Assembly: GCA_963675525.2 (NCBI GenBank)
Contig: CAXXSL010000011.1
Coordinates: forward strand, 480,001 to 544,000
Length of the DNA stretch: 64,000 nt
Direction: 5' to 3'
Source: Anaerohalosphaeraceae bacterium
GTDB taxonomy: Bacteria; Planctomycetota; Phycisphaerae; Sedimentisphaerales; Anaerohalosphaeraceae
The position numbers were made by a program, and so were the translations under genes. The notes under the pieces are model-generated. The model worked only from the letters and a program-made list of their open reading frames with translations, had not been told where the DNA came from and searched no databases. The stretch's first letter is position 1; the number at the start of each line of letters is the position of its first letter. This document shows, in pieces, positions 10,106 to 19,544 of this stretch.

Positions 10106-10327
10106 AGTGGTATAATCGATGGTGCTTTTCGGTATGATGATTCTAATTAAAATATAATGAGAAAGTGGGGGTGTGTTTTTTCGGCAATCACAACTTCATT
10201 AGCATTTATCAGCACAACTTTAGCCTGTTCGATCTCTCTGCGTTTAAGTTTTTTTGGACAGATGACTGTTGAATTAATCGAAGACCGCAATAACAGAAAC
10301 CATTTTTTAATTGAGGGAATACAGACG

Positions 10328-11872
10328 ATGAAAAACACTTCTACTATCACCTTGTTTGCATTTGTTTTGTTCTGTTTTGGTTCTTCATTGGTTTTGGCTG
10401 TTCCCGCTTTTCCGGGAGCAGAAGGATACGGTGCTGCAGCCACCGGCGGCCGCGGCGGGGCCGTCTATATTGTTACCAATCTCAATGATTCCGGTGCCGG
10501 TTCTCTCCGTGATGCCCTGAATCATAATACACCCCGCACGATTGTTTTTCAAGTATCAGGCACGATTCATCTGACATCCAACCTGAGCCTCCAATACCCC
10601 AATGTGACCATTGCCGGTCAGACTGCACCGGGAGATGGTATCTGTATCGCCAACGGTTCTTTATATGGCGGCTTTGACAATGTGATTATCCGTTATATTC
10701 GCTGCCGTCTCGGTGATCAATGGCCCGACGGTACCGAAAACGGCGATGATGACGCGACATGGGGACGTTACGGCAACACCATGATCTTCGATCATGTGAC
10801 GGCGAGCTGGTCGATCGATGAGGCGTTCTCCTATTATGCCAACAATAACTTTACCGCCCAGTGGTGCCTGATATCGGAAAGTCTTCGTTACTCGCACCAT
10901 GAAAAAGGCCCTCACGGTTATGGGGGTATCTGGGGCGGCACCAATAGTTCCTGGCATCATAACCTGCTGGCCCATCACAGCTCGCGCAATCCCCGCGTCG
11001 AAGGGGGTGTGGTGGACAATGTGGATATGCGAAACAATGTCATCTACAATTGGGGTTTCAATAGCTGTTACGGCGGCGAGAATGCCACTGTCAATATTGT
11101 TAATTGCTACTATAAATATGGCCCTGCGACAAGCTCAGGGGTTCGTGACAGGATATGCGAACCAAGTACTGACGGGACCTATGGGCTGTGGTATGTCAAC
11201 GGTAATTACGTGAACGGTTATCCGACGGTAACAGCCAATAACTGGCTTGGCGTTGATCCTTCCGGAGGAAGCGGAGATATTCCGCTGTGCCAGTCACTTA
11301 CGCCGTTTCCTGTAGCCACAACCTACCCGGTAACCACACAGACCGCGCAGGATGCCTACAATTCCGTTTTGGATGATGTTGGATGCAGTCTGATCCGTGA
11401 CTCGGTGGACACCCGTATCATTAACGAAGTCGAAACCGGTACGGCAACTTACGGCGGCGTGACCGGAGCAGGCCTGGGTATTATCGACTCCCAGACCACC
11501 GTCGGCGGTTGGCCGACACTCTATTCGCTTCCCGCCCTGACCGACACCGATAACGACGGTATGCCCAATGCCTGGGAACTTTCAAGAGGACTCAACCCCA
11601 ACCACCCCGCCGACCGCAACTACGACCGCAACAGCGATGGCTATACCAATCTCGAAGAATATCTCAACTGGCTGTGTACCCCCACCGCCCGGGCCGACAT
11701 GGAACGCAACTGTGTCATTGACCTGGGCGATTTTTCCGTATTTGCGGCTTCCTGGCAAACCCAGCCCGGAGATGCCGGATGGAATCCCTACTGCGATATC
11801 GCCAGACCCGCAGACGAGGTAGTCGATATCATCGACCTGATGGTTCTGGTGGACAGCTGGCTGCTGAATTAA
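10328..11872 (+). CDS. Pectate lyase PL1 (AFPGAEG type) + C-terminal dockerin-like domain
   Basis: AFPGAEGYG, TIAGQTAPGDGI, DHVTASWSIDE, SRNPR, DTDNDGMPNAWE; start moved to ATG 10328 (RBS GAGGGA, signal peptide). Confidence 0.9.
   Translation: MKNTSTITLFAFVLFCFGSSLVLAVPAFPGAEGYGAAATGGRGGAVYIVTNLNDSGAGSLRDALNHNTPRTIVFQVSGTIHLTSNLSLQYPNVTIAGQTAPGDGICIANGSLYGGFDNVIIRYIRCRLGDQWPDGTENGDDDATWGRYGNTMIFDHVTASWSIDEAFSYYANNNFTAQWCLISESLRYSHHEKGPHGYGGIWGGTNSSWHHNLLAHHSSRNPRVEGGVVDNVDMRNNVIYNWGFNSCYGGENATVNIVNCYYKYGPATSSGVRDRICEPSTDGTYGLWYVNGNYVNGYPTVTANNWLGVDPSGGSGDIPLCQSLTPFPVATTYPVTTQTAQDAYNSVLDDVGCSLIRDSVDTRIINEVETGTATYGGVTGAGLGIIDSQTTVGGWPTLYSLPALTDTDNDGMPNAWELSRGLNPNHPADRNYDRNSDGYTNLEEYLNWLCTPTARADMERNCVIDLGDFSVFAASWQTQPGDAGWNPYCDIARPADEVVDIIDLMVLVDSWLLN
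10396..11001 (+). repeat. 606-bp direct repeat, copy 1
   Basis: Identical by eye to 11991-12596 (offset 1595). Confidence 0.85.
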
Positions 11873-11919
11873 TCGAGGACGACAGGAGCAGAAACCATTT
11901 TTTAATTACGGGAATACGC

Positions 11920-14403
11920 ATGATGAAAAATACTTTTACGGTCGCCCTGTTTGCAGTTGTTTTGTTCTGCTTTAGTTCTTCCTTAGTGTGGGCTGTTCCC
12001 GCTTTTCCGGGAGCAGAAGGATACGGTGCTGCAGCCACCGGCGGCCGCGGCGGGGCCGTCTATATTGTTACCAATCTCAATGATTCCGGTGCCGGTTCTC
12101 TCCGTGATGCCCTGAATCATAATACACCCCGCACGATTGTTTTTCAAGTATCAGGCACGATTCATCTGACATCCAACCTGAGCCTCCAATACCCCAATGT
12201 GACCATTGCCGGTCAGACTGCACCGGGAGATGGTATCTGTATCGCCAACGGTTCTTTATATGGCGGCTTTGACAATGTGATTATCCGTTATATTCGCTGC
12301 CGTCTCGGTGATCAATGGCCCGACGGTACCGAAAACGGCGATGATGACGCGACATGGGGACGTTACGGCAACACCATGATCTTCGATCATGTGACGGCGA
12401 GCTGGTCGATCGATGAGGCGTTCTCCTATTATGCCAACAATAACTTTACCGCCCAGTGGTGCCTGATATCGGAAAGTCTTCGTTACTCGCACCATGAAAA
12501 AGGCCCTCACGGTTATGGGGGTATCTGGGGCGGCACCAATAGTTCCTGGCATCATAACCTGCTGGCCCATCACAGCTCGCGCAATCCCCGCGTCGAGAGT
12601 GCTATCGACAATATGGATTTGCGAAACAATGTTATTTACAACTGGGTCTTTAATAGTTGTTACGGAGGCGAAGGTGCCAATGTCAACATTGTCAATTGCT
12701 ATTATAAATACGGTCCTGCAACAAGTTCCGGCGTAAGAGACCGCATCGTGAATCCCAGTCTGGTAAAGGATTCTTTGGGCGATCCTGTCATTCCGCATAC
12801 TTACGGACAATGGTACGTAAACGGCAATTATGTCTATGGAAGTACAACCGTAACAAATGATAATTGGCTGGGTGTCGACCCGGAAGGCGGCAGTGCCGAG
12901 CGGAGTTTGTGTCAGTCCACAACGCCTTTTCCCGTGGCTACGACCTACCCGGTCACCACACAGAGCGCGGAGGATGCTTATAATTCCGTTTTGGATAGTG
13001 CTGGATGTAGCCTGGTCCGTGACTCGGTAGATACTCGTATCATTGAGGAGGTCCGAACCGGTACGGCTACATACGGCGGCGTGACCGGGGCAGAATTGGG
13101 AATTATTGACTCCCAGGAAACGGTCGGCGGATGGCCTGCTTTGACCGAAGAAAGCCGCCCGGCCGGCTGGGATACCGATCAGGACGGCATGCCGGATGAT
13201 TGGGAAACCGCCAACAGCCTGAATCCTGTCAATGCAACTGACAGAAATAATTACGATCTGGATGCCGATTACACAAACCTGGAGGTGTATCTTAACAGTC
13301 TTGTCGATATGGGCTCAAGCGATACAACACCTCCGGCAACTCCAACGGGGCTGGCGGCCTTAACGGGTGATGGGACTGTTGGCCTTAACTGGGACGATAA
13401 TTCGGAAGGTGATCTCGCAGGCTATTACGTCTATCGTTCAACAACGTCAGGCAGTGGCTATGTCAGCCTGAACGACTCTGCCGCCGTGAGCAGTTCGGAT
13501 TATACGGACGATACGGCCGAGAATGGCATCACATATTTCTATGTCATCACAGCTGTAGATACCTCATACAATGAATCCGATTCTTCAGATGAAGTATTTG
13601 CAACACCGGTCGATATGGAGTTCTACCGTGATACGAATGACGACCAGCTTATCGATATCACCGACCTGGCCGCCCTTCTGGCTATGTGGCTTCAGTCGGA
13701 TTGCCTGGTCACCACAGGTTGGGATATCAATAACGATTGTTGGGTCAATCTTGATGAATTCAGCCTGTTAGCCAGCCACTGGCAATCTGAACAAACGACA
13801 CCCGGGCCATCCATTCAATATGCGGATGTCAGTTGCCGGACATCGCTGAACGATGGTACGGATTCAGAAGCCGATACCAACAAAACAGAAGGCAACAAAC
13901 TCAGCGTACGAGGAGACAGTAAAGCCGCCAAATCCTGGATCAAGTTTGATATCAGCGGCATCGATGTCGGTTCACTGACGAGTGCCCAACTGCGTATTAC
14001 ATTATACGAGGCAAAAACCAGTACATGTCTATTGTCGGCCGTCAATGACGACTGCACTGATAATATCAGCTGGGGCGAAACGGATATTACCTGGAACAAT
14101 GCCCCCGGCAATATTACCAGCAGTGACGGGGTCAATCCTGATGACGGGTCTTTTACCGTCGGCGATCTTCAGGATAATCTGAACCCGGCCAAAACGACGC
14201 TGATCGATGCCGTTGATTATTCATACGGCGGACTGGTCGGCGATCAGTTCACGTTTGATGTACTTTCGATTTTGCAGGCCGATACGGACGGTATCGTGCA
14301 GTTTGTCCTGCATGGCGCCGGTGGTGCCTCTAATTTTACGACACATGACAGTTCGCTGGGCGCCGATTACTGGCCCGCACTTGTTCTAACCTATTCTAAT
14401 TAA
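11920..14403 (+). CDS. Pectate lyase PL1 + FN3 + dockerin-like + DNRLRE/CBM96-like domain
   Basis: Same PL1 motifs; FN3 DLAGYYVYRS..YFYVITAVD; DTNDDQLIDITDL..W; KSWIKFDISG..ITWNNAPGN..LQADTDG; start ATG 11920/11923. Confidence 0.9.
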   Translation: MMKNTFTVALFAVVLFCFSSSLVWAVPAFPGAEGYGAAATGGRGGAVYIVTNLNDSGAGSLRDALNHNTPRTIVFQVSGTIHLTSNLSLQYPNVTIAGQTAPGDGICIANGSLYGGFDNVIIRYIRCRLGDQWPDGTENGDDDATWGRYGNTMIFDHVTASWSIDEAFSYYANNNFTAQWCLISESLRYSHHEKGPHGYGGIWGGTNSSWHHNLLAHHSSRNPRVESAIDNMDLRNNVIYNWVFNSCYGGEGANVNIVNCYYKYGPATSSGVRDRIVNPSLVKDSLGDPVIPHTYGQWYVNGNYVYGSTTVTNDNWLGVDPEGGSAERSLCQSTTPFPVATTYPVTTQSAEDAYNSVLDSAGCSLVRDSVDTRIIEEVRTGTATYGGVTGAELGIIDSQETVGGWPALTEESRPAGWDTDQDGMPDDWETANSLNPVNATDRNNYDLDADYTNLEVYLNSLVDMGSSDTTPPATPTGLAALTGDGTVGLNWDDNSEGDLAGYYVYRSTTSGSGYVSLNDSAAVSSSDYTDDTAENGITYFYVITAVDTSYNESDSSDEVFATPVDMEFYRDTNDDQLIDITDLAALLAMWLQSDCLVTTGWDINNDCWVNLDEFSLLASHWQSEQTTPGPSIQYADVSCRTSLNDGTDSEADTNKTEGNKLSVRGDSKAAKSWIKFDISGIDVGSLTSAQLRITLYEAKTSTCLLSAVNDDCTDNISWGETDITWNNAPGNITSSDGVNPDDGSFTVGDLQDNLNPAKTTLIDAVDYSYGGLVGDQFTFDVLSILQADTDGIVQFVLHGAGGASNFTTHDSSLGADYWPALVLTYSN
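11991..12596 (+). repeat. 606-bp direct repeat, copy 2
   Basis: Identical by eye to 10396-11001. Confidence 0.85.
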
Positions 14404-14416
14404 AGGGGTGCTATTA

Positions 14417-16856
14417 ATGAAGCAAAATGGTTTGACCGTCTTACTCTTAGCTATTCTATTCTGCTTAAGTTCTTCATTCGTGTGGTCTGTTCCGGTTGCT
14501 TTTCCCGGTGCTGAGGGATTTGGTGCCTATGCAGAGGGTGGTCGCGGCGGAGATGTCTATTATGTAACAAATACAAACGATTCGGGTGCCGGTTCGCTGC
14601 GCGAGGGTATCAGTTCGGCAAGTGGGCCAAGGACTATCGTTTTTGCTGTTTCGGGGCTGATCCAACTTCAATCCAATCTGAATGTTGACAAAGACTACAT
14701 CACCATCGCAGGGCAAACCGCTCCCGGTGACGGCATATGCCTTCGAGACTATACGTTTGGTATTAGAGCCGAACATGTGATCGTTCGCTTCATTCGTTCA
14801 AGACTGGGCGCTGCGGGCGGTCAGGAATCGGATGCGATAACCATTACCGATGGCGCCAAAAATGTTATCATGGACCATTGTTCGGCTTCCTGGTCGGTGG
14901 ATGAGGTTTTTTCCTGTTCCACGGCGAATTCAAACGCGATTGACAACATTACAGTCCAGTGGTCCATCATTTCTGAGGGGCTGGGTGACAGTATTCATAC
15001 GAAGGGATATCACAGTTACGGCGCTTTGATACGCGGCTGCTATGGAGCTAAATACAGCTACCATCATAATCTTTTTGCGCATAACAACGGCCGTAATCCG
15101 CGTCCGGGCAATTATGACGATAACCCCTATACCTCGGATCCTCTGGGTCTTCAGTTTGATTTTCGCAACAACGTCATGTATAACTGGGGCGGAGACCACC
15201 CGAGCTATGATGCTGACACCGTAAGCGTCTGCCGGATGAACTACGTGGGCAACTATGCCAAGGCAGGTCCAAGTTCATCTTATGGGCAGCTTTATGATAC
15301 GGGCAGCCCGTATTTTATGGGCTATTACGAAGGAAACTATTGGAACGGCGGCATCCCTTCCGACCCGTACAGCATCGTTGATTTTGGTTCAATGAACAGC
15401 GGTCAGATAGACAGTTGGATACAGTCGGCACCCTTTTCAACTGGTCCGATCGTAACGCAAACCGCTCAGGATGCCTATGCCGACGTTTTGGCTGGCGCTG
15501 GAGCATCCTGGCAAGAGATTCGATTGATGCAAGAATTGTTAATGAAGTGACGACAGGCACGGTCACTTATTACGGCTCAGTCTCCGGCAAAGCGGGTATT
15601 ATTGACGATGAATCGGACGTCGGCGGGTGGCCGACATATAACTCGACCGCCGCCCCGGCCGATACCGATTTTGACGGCATGCCCGATGCGTGGGAAGCGG
15701 CCAATGGACTTAATTTAAGCATCGCCGCGGACCGGAACTATTATACATTGGATGCCAATTACACCAACCTGGAGGTTTATCTGAACAGTCTGGTCGGTAT
15801 GGGCTCAGGCGATACAACGCCTCCGGCGGCTCCGGCGGGCTTGGCAGCCTTAACCGGTGACGCAACGATTAGCCTTGATTGGGACGATAATTCAGACGTT
15901 GATCTTGCAGGCTATAACATCTATCGCTCGCTCGTCTCAGGAAGCGGTTATGACAGCTCAACGTTTTTGCATTGAGCAGTTCGGATTACACGGATGATAC
16001 AGCCGAGAATGGCGTGACCTATTTCTATGTCGTTACGGCGGTGGATACATCTTCCAATGAATCCGATTCTTCAGATGAAGTGTTTGCCACGCCGGTGGAC
16101 ATGGAGTTTTACCGCGATACGAATGACGACCAGATTATCGATGTGACCGACTTGGCTGCTTTTCTTGCAGTGTGGCTGCAGTCAGATTGCCTGGTCACCA
16201 CCGGTTGGGACATCAACAACGATTGTTGGGTCAATCTTGACGAATTCCGCCTGATGGCGGGTTCCTGGCTGGCTGAACAAGAACAAACCATCACCACCAT
16301 CGACATTGTTGCCAGTCAGGGAAAAATGGTCCAGTATGAGGGTCTTTCCGGGGCATGGGTTTCGGAAGAACGGCTTAAAGTCCGCTCGGCCGGAGTGTGG
16401 GATGACAATCCGGCGCTGAATACATTAGATGCAGCCAAATCTTATCTGCAATTTGATCTTTCGGGTGTCAACGGTACCCTTACCAGCGCTACCCTGACGA
16501 TTTATGCGATTACGGGTGGCAAGTCTTATAATGTCAGCGGACTTAACGATGGCATTGACGAAACGTGGAGTTCTAGCACGATCAATTGGTTCTCGGCTCC
16601 GGGCAATAACACGACAAGCGGCAACGGCCTTGTCGCGGCTCAGACGGTTTCACTGTACTCTGTCGGTTTGACCGTGGTCAATGGTGCTGCAAGCGGTGAT
16701 GTGACATCCTTTGTGAACGCAGATACGGACGGATTGGTGACGTTTATCCTGACCGCAGGCGGAACGACTTACATGTACAATGTTATCGAAGGAAGCTATT
16801 ACAACGCAGACTATGTTCCTGTTTTAACACTTGAAGGAGAGTTTAATCCCAACTAA
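14417..16856 (+). pseudogene. Pectate lyase PL1 + FN3 + dockerin-like + DNRLRE-like, split by two 1-bp deletions (pseudogene or sequencing error)
   Basis: ORFs 14408..15550, 15415..15975 and 15972..16856 join into one paralog of the neighbours; breaks at ~15507 (GCA TCC TG vs TCC CTG) and ~15955. Confidence 0.85.
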
Positions 16857-16870
16857 GGAACAGAAGATAC

Positions 16871-16999
16871 ATGAAAAAATGCTTGTTATTTACCTTGATA
16901 CTCATTCTTTGTATGAGAGCTGGTGTGTTAGCCGCCGATGGTTTCGGGTGCAATGTGACCGATGGTGCTCTCTTAGGTCCTTTTGTTCTTCACTTGTAA
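16871..16999 (+). pseudogene. Truncated PL1-like N-terminal remnant
   Basis: RBS AAGGA; MKKCLLFTLILILCMRAGVLAADGFGCNVTDGA..* resembles the AADGW/xDGW..TTGG starts of the PL1s at 19545 and 20783. Confidence 0.5.
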
Positions 17000-17296
17000 T
17001 CCTCATTTTGCCGCAAAAAAACTTATAACTGACTCTATATAATGGGCTTATAATCGGACTAAGGTTCCCAAGATTCGTGTATCAGCTGTTCACGGATCTG
17101 TATCGTCTGGCCTGGAAGAAGGATTTGATAGTTACTGTAACCTTTTTTTAATAAATCACTTAGATAAACATCGACTGCCTTATCAATCGCATTAAAGCAA
17201 AGAAATTGTCTTTAAATATAGAAAAAAATATTTTCGAGGGTGACGAAAACCGATTTGTTACAATTATAGTACGGATATTCCAGGAGAAATTTGTAC

Positions 17297-17842
17297 ATGG
17301 AAACTCGTTCCGACAATACGAATGATAAAAACAAGTTATTCATGGGACTTGCTCTGTCAAGCCAAAAAGAATTATATGTGTATGTATTAAGTCTTGTTAT
17401 TTCCACCTCTGACGCTGATGACATCCTGCAGGACGTCTTAGCTTTAATGTGGACTAAATTTAATGAGTTCAGACCCGGGACTGATTTTGTCGCATGGGGA
17501 AAAACAATAGCTCGTTATAAAGTGATGGATTTCCTGCGGAAAACGAAAGCTTCAAAGCTTCATTATGATTCTGATGTTCTTAAGCTGATCGAATCTAAGT
17601 CATCTCAATCACACAACTTGACAGACCATAAAAAAGCGATGCAGGACTGCCTCAAAAAGCTTTCCGAGAAATATATGGGCGTTTTAAGGATGCGATATGT
17701 AAACGATATGACGTTCAATCAAATGTCGCGAAAACTCGGAGTTTCCAAGCAGTCTGTCCATCGAGCTGTAAGCCGAATTCATGCACTTCTTGTTAAATGT
17801 GTCAACCGGGTTCTTTCGGAGGGCAGTGCATATGGAAAATAA
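17297..17842 (+). CDS. ECF sigma-70 factor
   Basis: DADDILQDV, DFVAWGKTIARY, region-4 HTH; overlaps the downstream anti-sigma gene; RBS AGGAGA. Confidence 0.9.
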   Translation: METRSDNTNDKNKLFMGLALSSQKELYVYVLSLVISTSDADDILQDVLALMWTKFNEFRPGTDFVAWGKTIARYKVMDFLRKTKASKLHYDSDVLKLIESKSSQSHNLTDHKKAMQDCLKKLSEKYMGVLRMRYVNDMTFNQMSRKLGVSKQSVHRAVSRIHALLVKCVNRVLSEGSAYGK

Positions 17843-19523
17843 TGATAAGCTGCTATTTGAAATCAGTGATCTGGTTGTAAAAACATTTGACAACTCAATT
17901 AGCGAGGAGAAATTTGAACGATTACAACATCTGTTGAAAATGGAACCGGCGGCTCTGGACTACTATTTCGATCTTCTTTTTACGTTTGCGTCTATCGATG
18001 AAATCAGGGTGGTAGACTCCAAAAACAACCAAATGGATTATGGCAATTTATTGTTAGAGCTAGGCGAATATGAATTAACAGCCCCCGAAATTGAAGTTCC
18101 TAAGGAAGAGGTAACAAAAGAATTGATTCAAAAAGTTGTCTATTCGCCGAGAGAGAAACGAGAAGTCAGCAAGTTAAATATTTTCTTACTGGCCTTGAGT
18201 ACCGCTGCTATGCTTTTCTTCATTCTGTATATCAAGTTTGTGCCGCCAAAAGCCAGTATTGAAGTTGCGACGATAACTGACAGCGTCAACGCAAACTGGT
18301 CCAGTGGCACTGGTTACATGGATAAGGGAACACGGTTAGCTACAAGCAGTGATGCATTATTTTTACAGGATGGTTTGACGGAATTATTATTTGATAATAA
18401 TGCGAAGGTTGTTATTGAAGGGCCTGCCGAATTTGAATTGCATGCTGATAATCAGATTAATTTACGATATGGACGAATCTATGCGACGGTTCCCCGTGAT
18501 GCAGTTGGATTTACAATCAATACCCCTACGTCTCGAATTATCGATTTGGGTACTGAGTTTGGTGTCCAGGCCAATGCACTCGGGGATGTGTATTTGCATG
18601 TCATCAAAGGCAAAACGACGTTACTCGCCGGCGACAATACAAACAGGGTTAAGTTAGAAGTCAGCGAGGGTCAGGCAAAAAAGGTGTCGGCTGTGACTTT
18701 AGCAGTTTCTGATGTCCCCTGTGACACAGAGCTTTTCGTACGTGATCTCAGTTCTGAACAGCAATATGCTCAGGGGGGAGAATTGGAGATTGATTTCGTG
18801 AATATCATTGCCGGCGACATAACGACAGGCAAAGATTCTCTGGTTTATAAGCAGGGTACCATCAATCGGAAGTTATGGACTTACTTCAGACCCGAAGACG
18901 ATCCCGTGTCTTTAGCCGTTGGTGAACAGCTCATTGTCACGATTGAATTCTCGCCGCTCGGCAATTTATATGATAATTCAGTTCGCGGTTTTCGTTTTGG
19001 TCTTTTCAATGATCCGACGAATAACCAGATATTAACATATACCGATAGAGATAGCGGCGGAAAAACCGATCCATGGACAGATGCAACGGGCTATGGTGTA
19101 CAAATGGCTCTAAGCAAGGGACCGAGAAAGTCAGCGACACCCAGCGTCGGTAAACGTACGGACTTAACATATACCAGTCTTATGGGAAGTGTCAATGCTT
19201 GGACATTCAGCGACGGCGGTGACCCGATTACCAATGTAATTGACACCCGTTATACCCTGACATTAACATTGGATCGTATCACGGAAAATCAAATGCAGGC
19301 AACTTTTACGATTGCTGATGCCGATGGTGTTATCTCTTCGCATACAATCCTCGATGATCCCCTTGGTACCGGTGAGTTTGGCTCTGGGCCAATCGCTACA
19401 GATTTCGATCAATTGTTTTTCAGATTCTCAAGTGCTGACAGTACGGCTGATAGTCTTGAGTTCCGTCGGTTTACAATTGAATATATCCAAAACGAAGCAA
19501 CACCAACCAGCGGGCTGGAATAA
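17832..19523 (+). CDS. FecR-family anti-sigma factor with an extra C-terminal domain
   Basis: TM helix, FecR motifs EGPAEF, GFTINTPTSRIIDLGTEFGV, LHVIKG; C-terminus paralogous to 61911..62744. Confidence 0.85.
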   Translation: MENNDKLLFEISDLVVKTFDNSISEEKFERLQHLLKMEPAALDYYFDLLFTFASIDEIRVVDSKNNQMDYGNLLLELGEYELTAPEIEVPKEEVTKELIQKVVYSPREKREVSKLNIFLLALSTAAMLFFILYIKFVPPKASIEVATITDSVNANWSSGTGYMDKGTRLATSSDALFLQDGLTELLFDNNAKVVIEGPAEFELHADNQINLRYGRIYATVPRDAVGFTINTPTSRIIDLGTEFGVQANALGDVYLHVIKGKTTLLAGDNTNRVKLEVSEGQAKKVSAVTLAVSDVPCDTELFVRDLSSEQQYAQGGELEIDFVNIIAGDITTGKDSLVYKQGTINRKLWTYFRPEDDPVSLAVGEQLIVTIEFSPLGNLYDNSVRGFRFGLFNDPTNNQILTYTDRDSGGKTDPWTDATGYGVQMALSKGPRKSATPSVGKRTDLTYTSLMGSVNAWTFSDGGDPITNVIDTRYTLTLTLDRITENQMQATFTIADADGVISSHTILDDPLGTGEFGSGPIATDFDQLFFRFSSADSTADSLEFRRFTIEYIQNEATPTSGLE

Positions 19524-19544
19524 ATCCGCAATGAAAGGAAATAA

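Noticed and set aside
10157..10327. N-terminal extensions of ORFs 10157 and 11779
   Set aside because: RBS and signal peptides point to ATG 10328 and 11920/11923; the extensions cover leader DNA or the previous gene
17230..17280. ECF sigma target promoter consensus upstream of either sigma gene
   Set aside because: Could not find a recurring -35/-10 pair by eye
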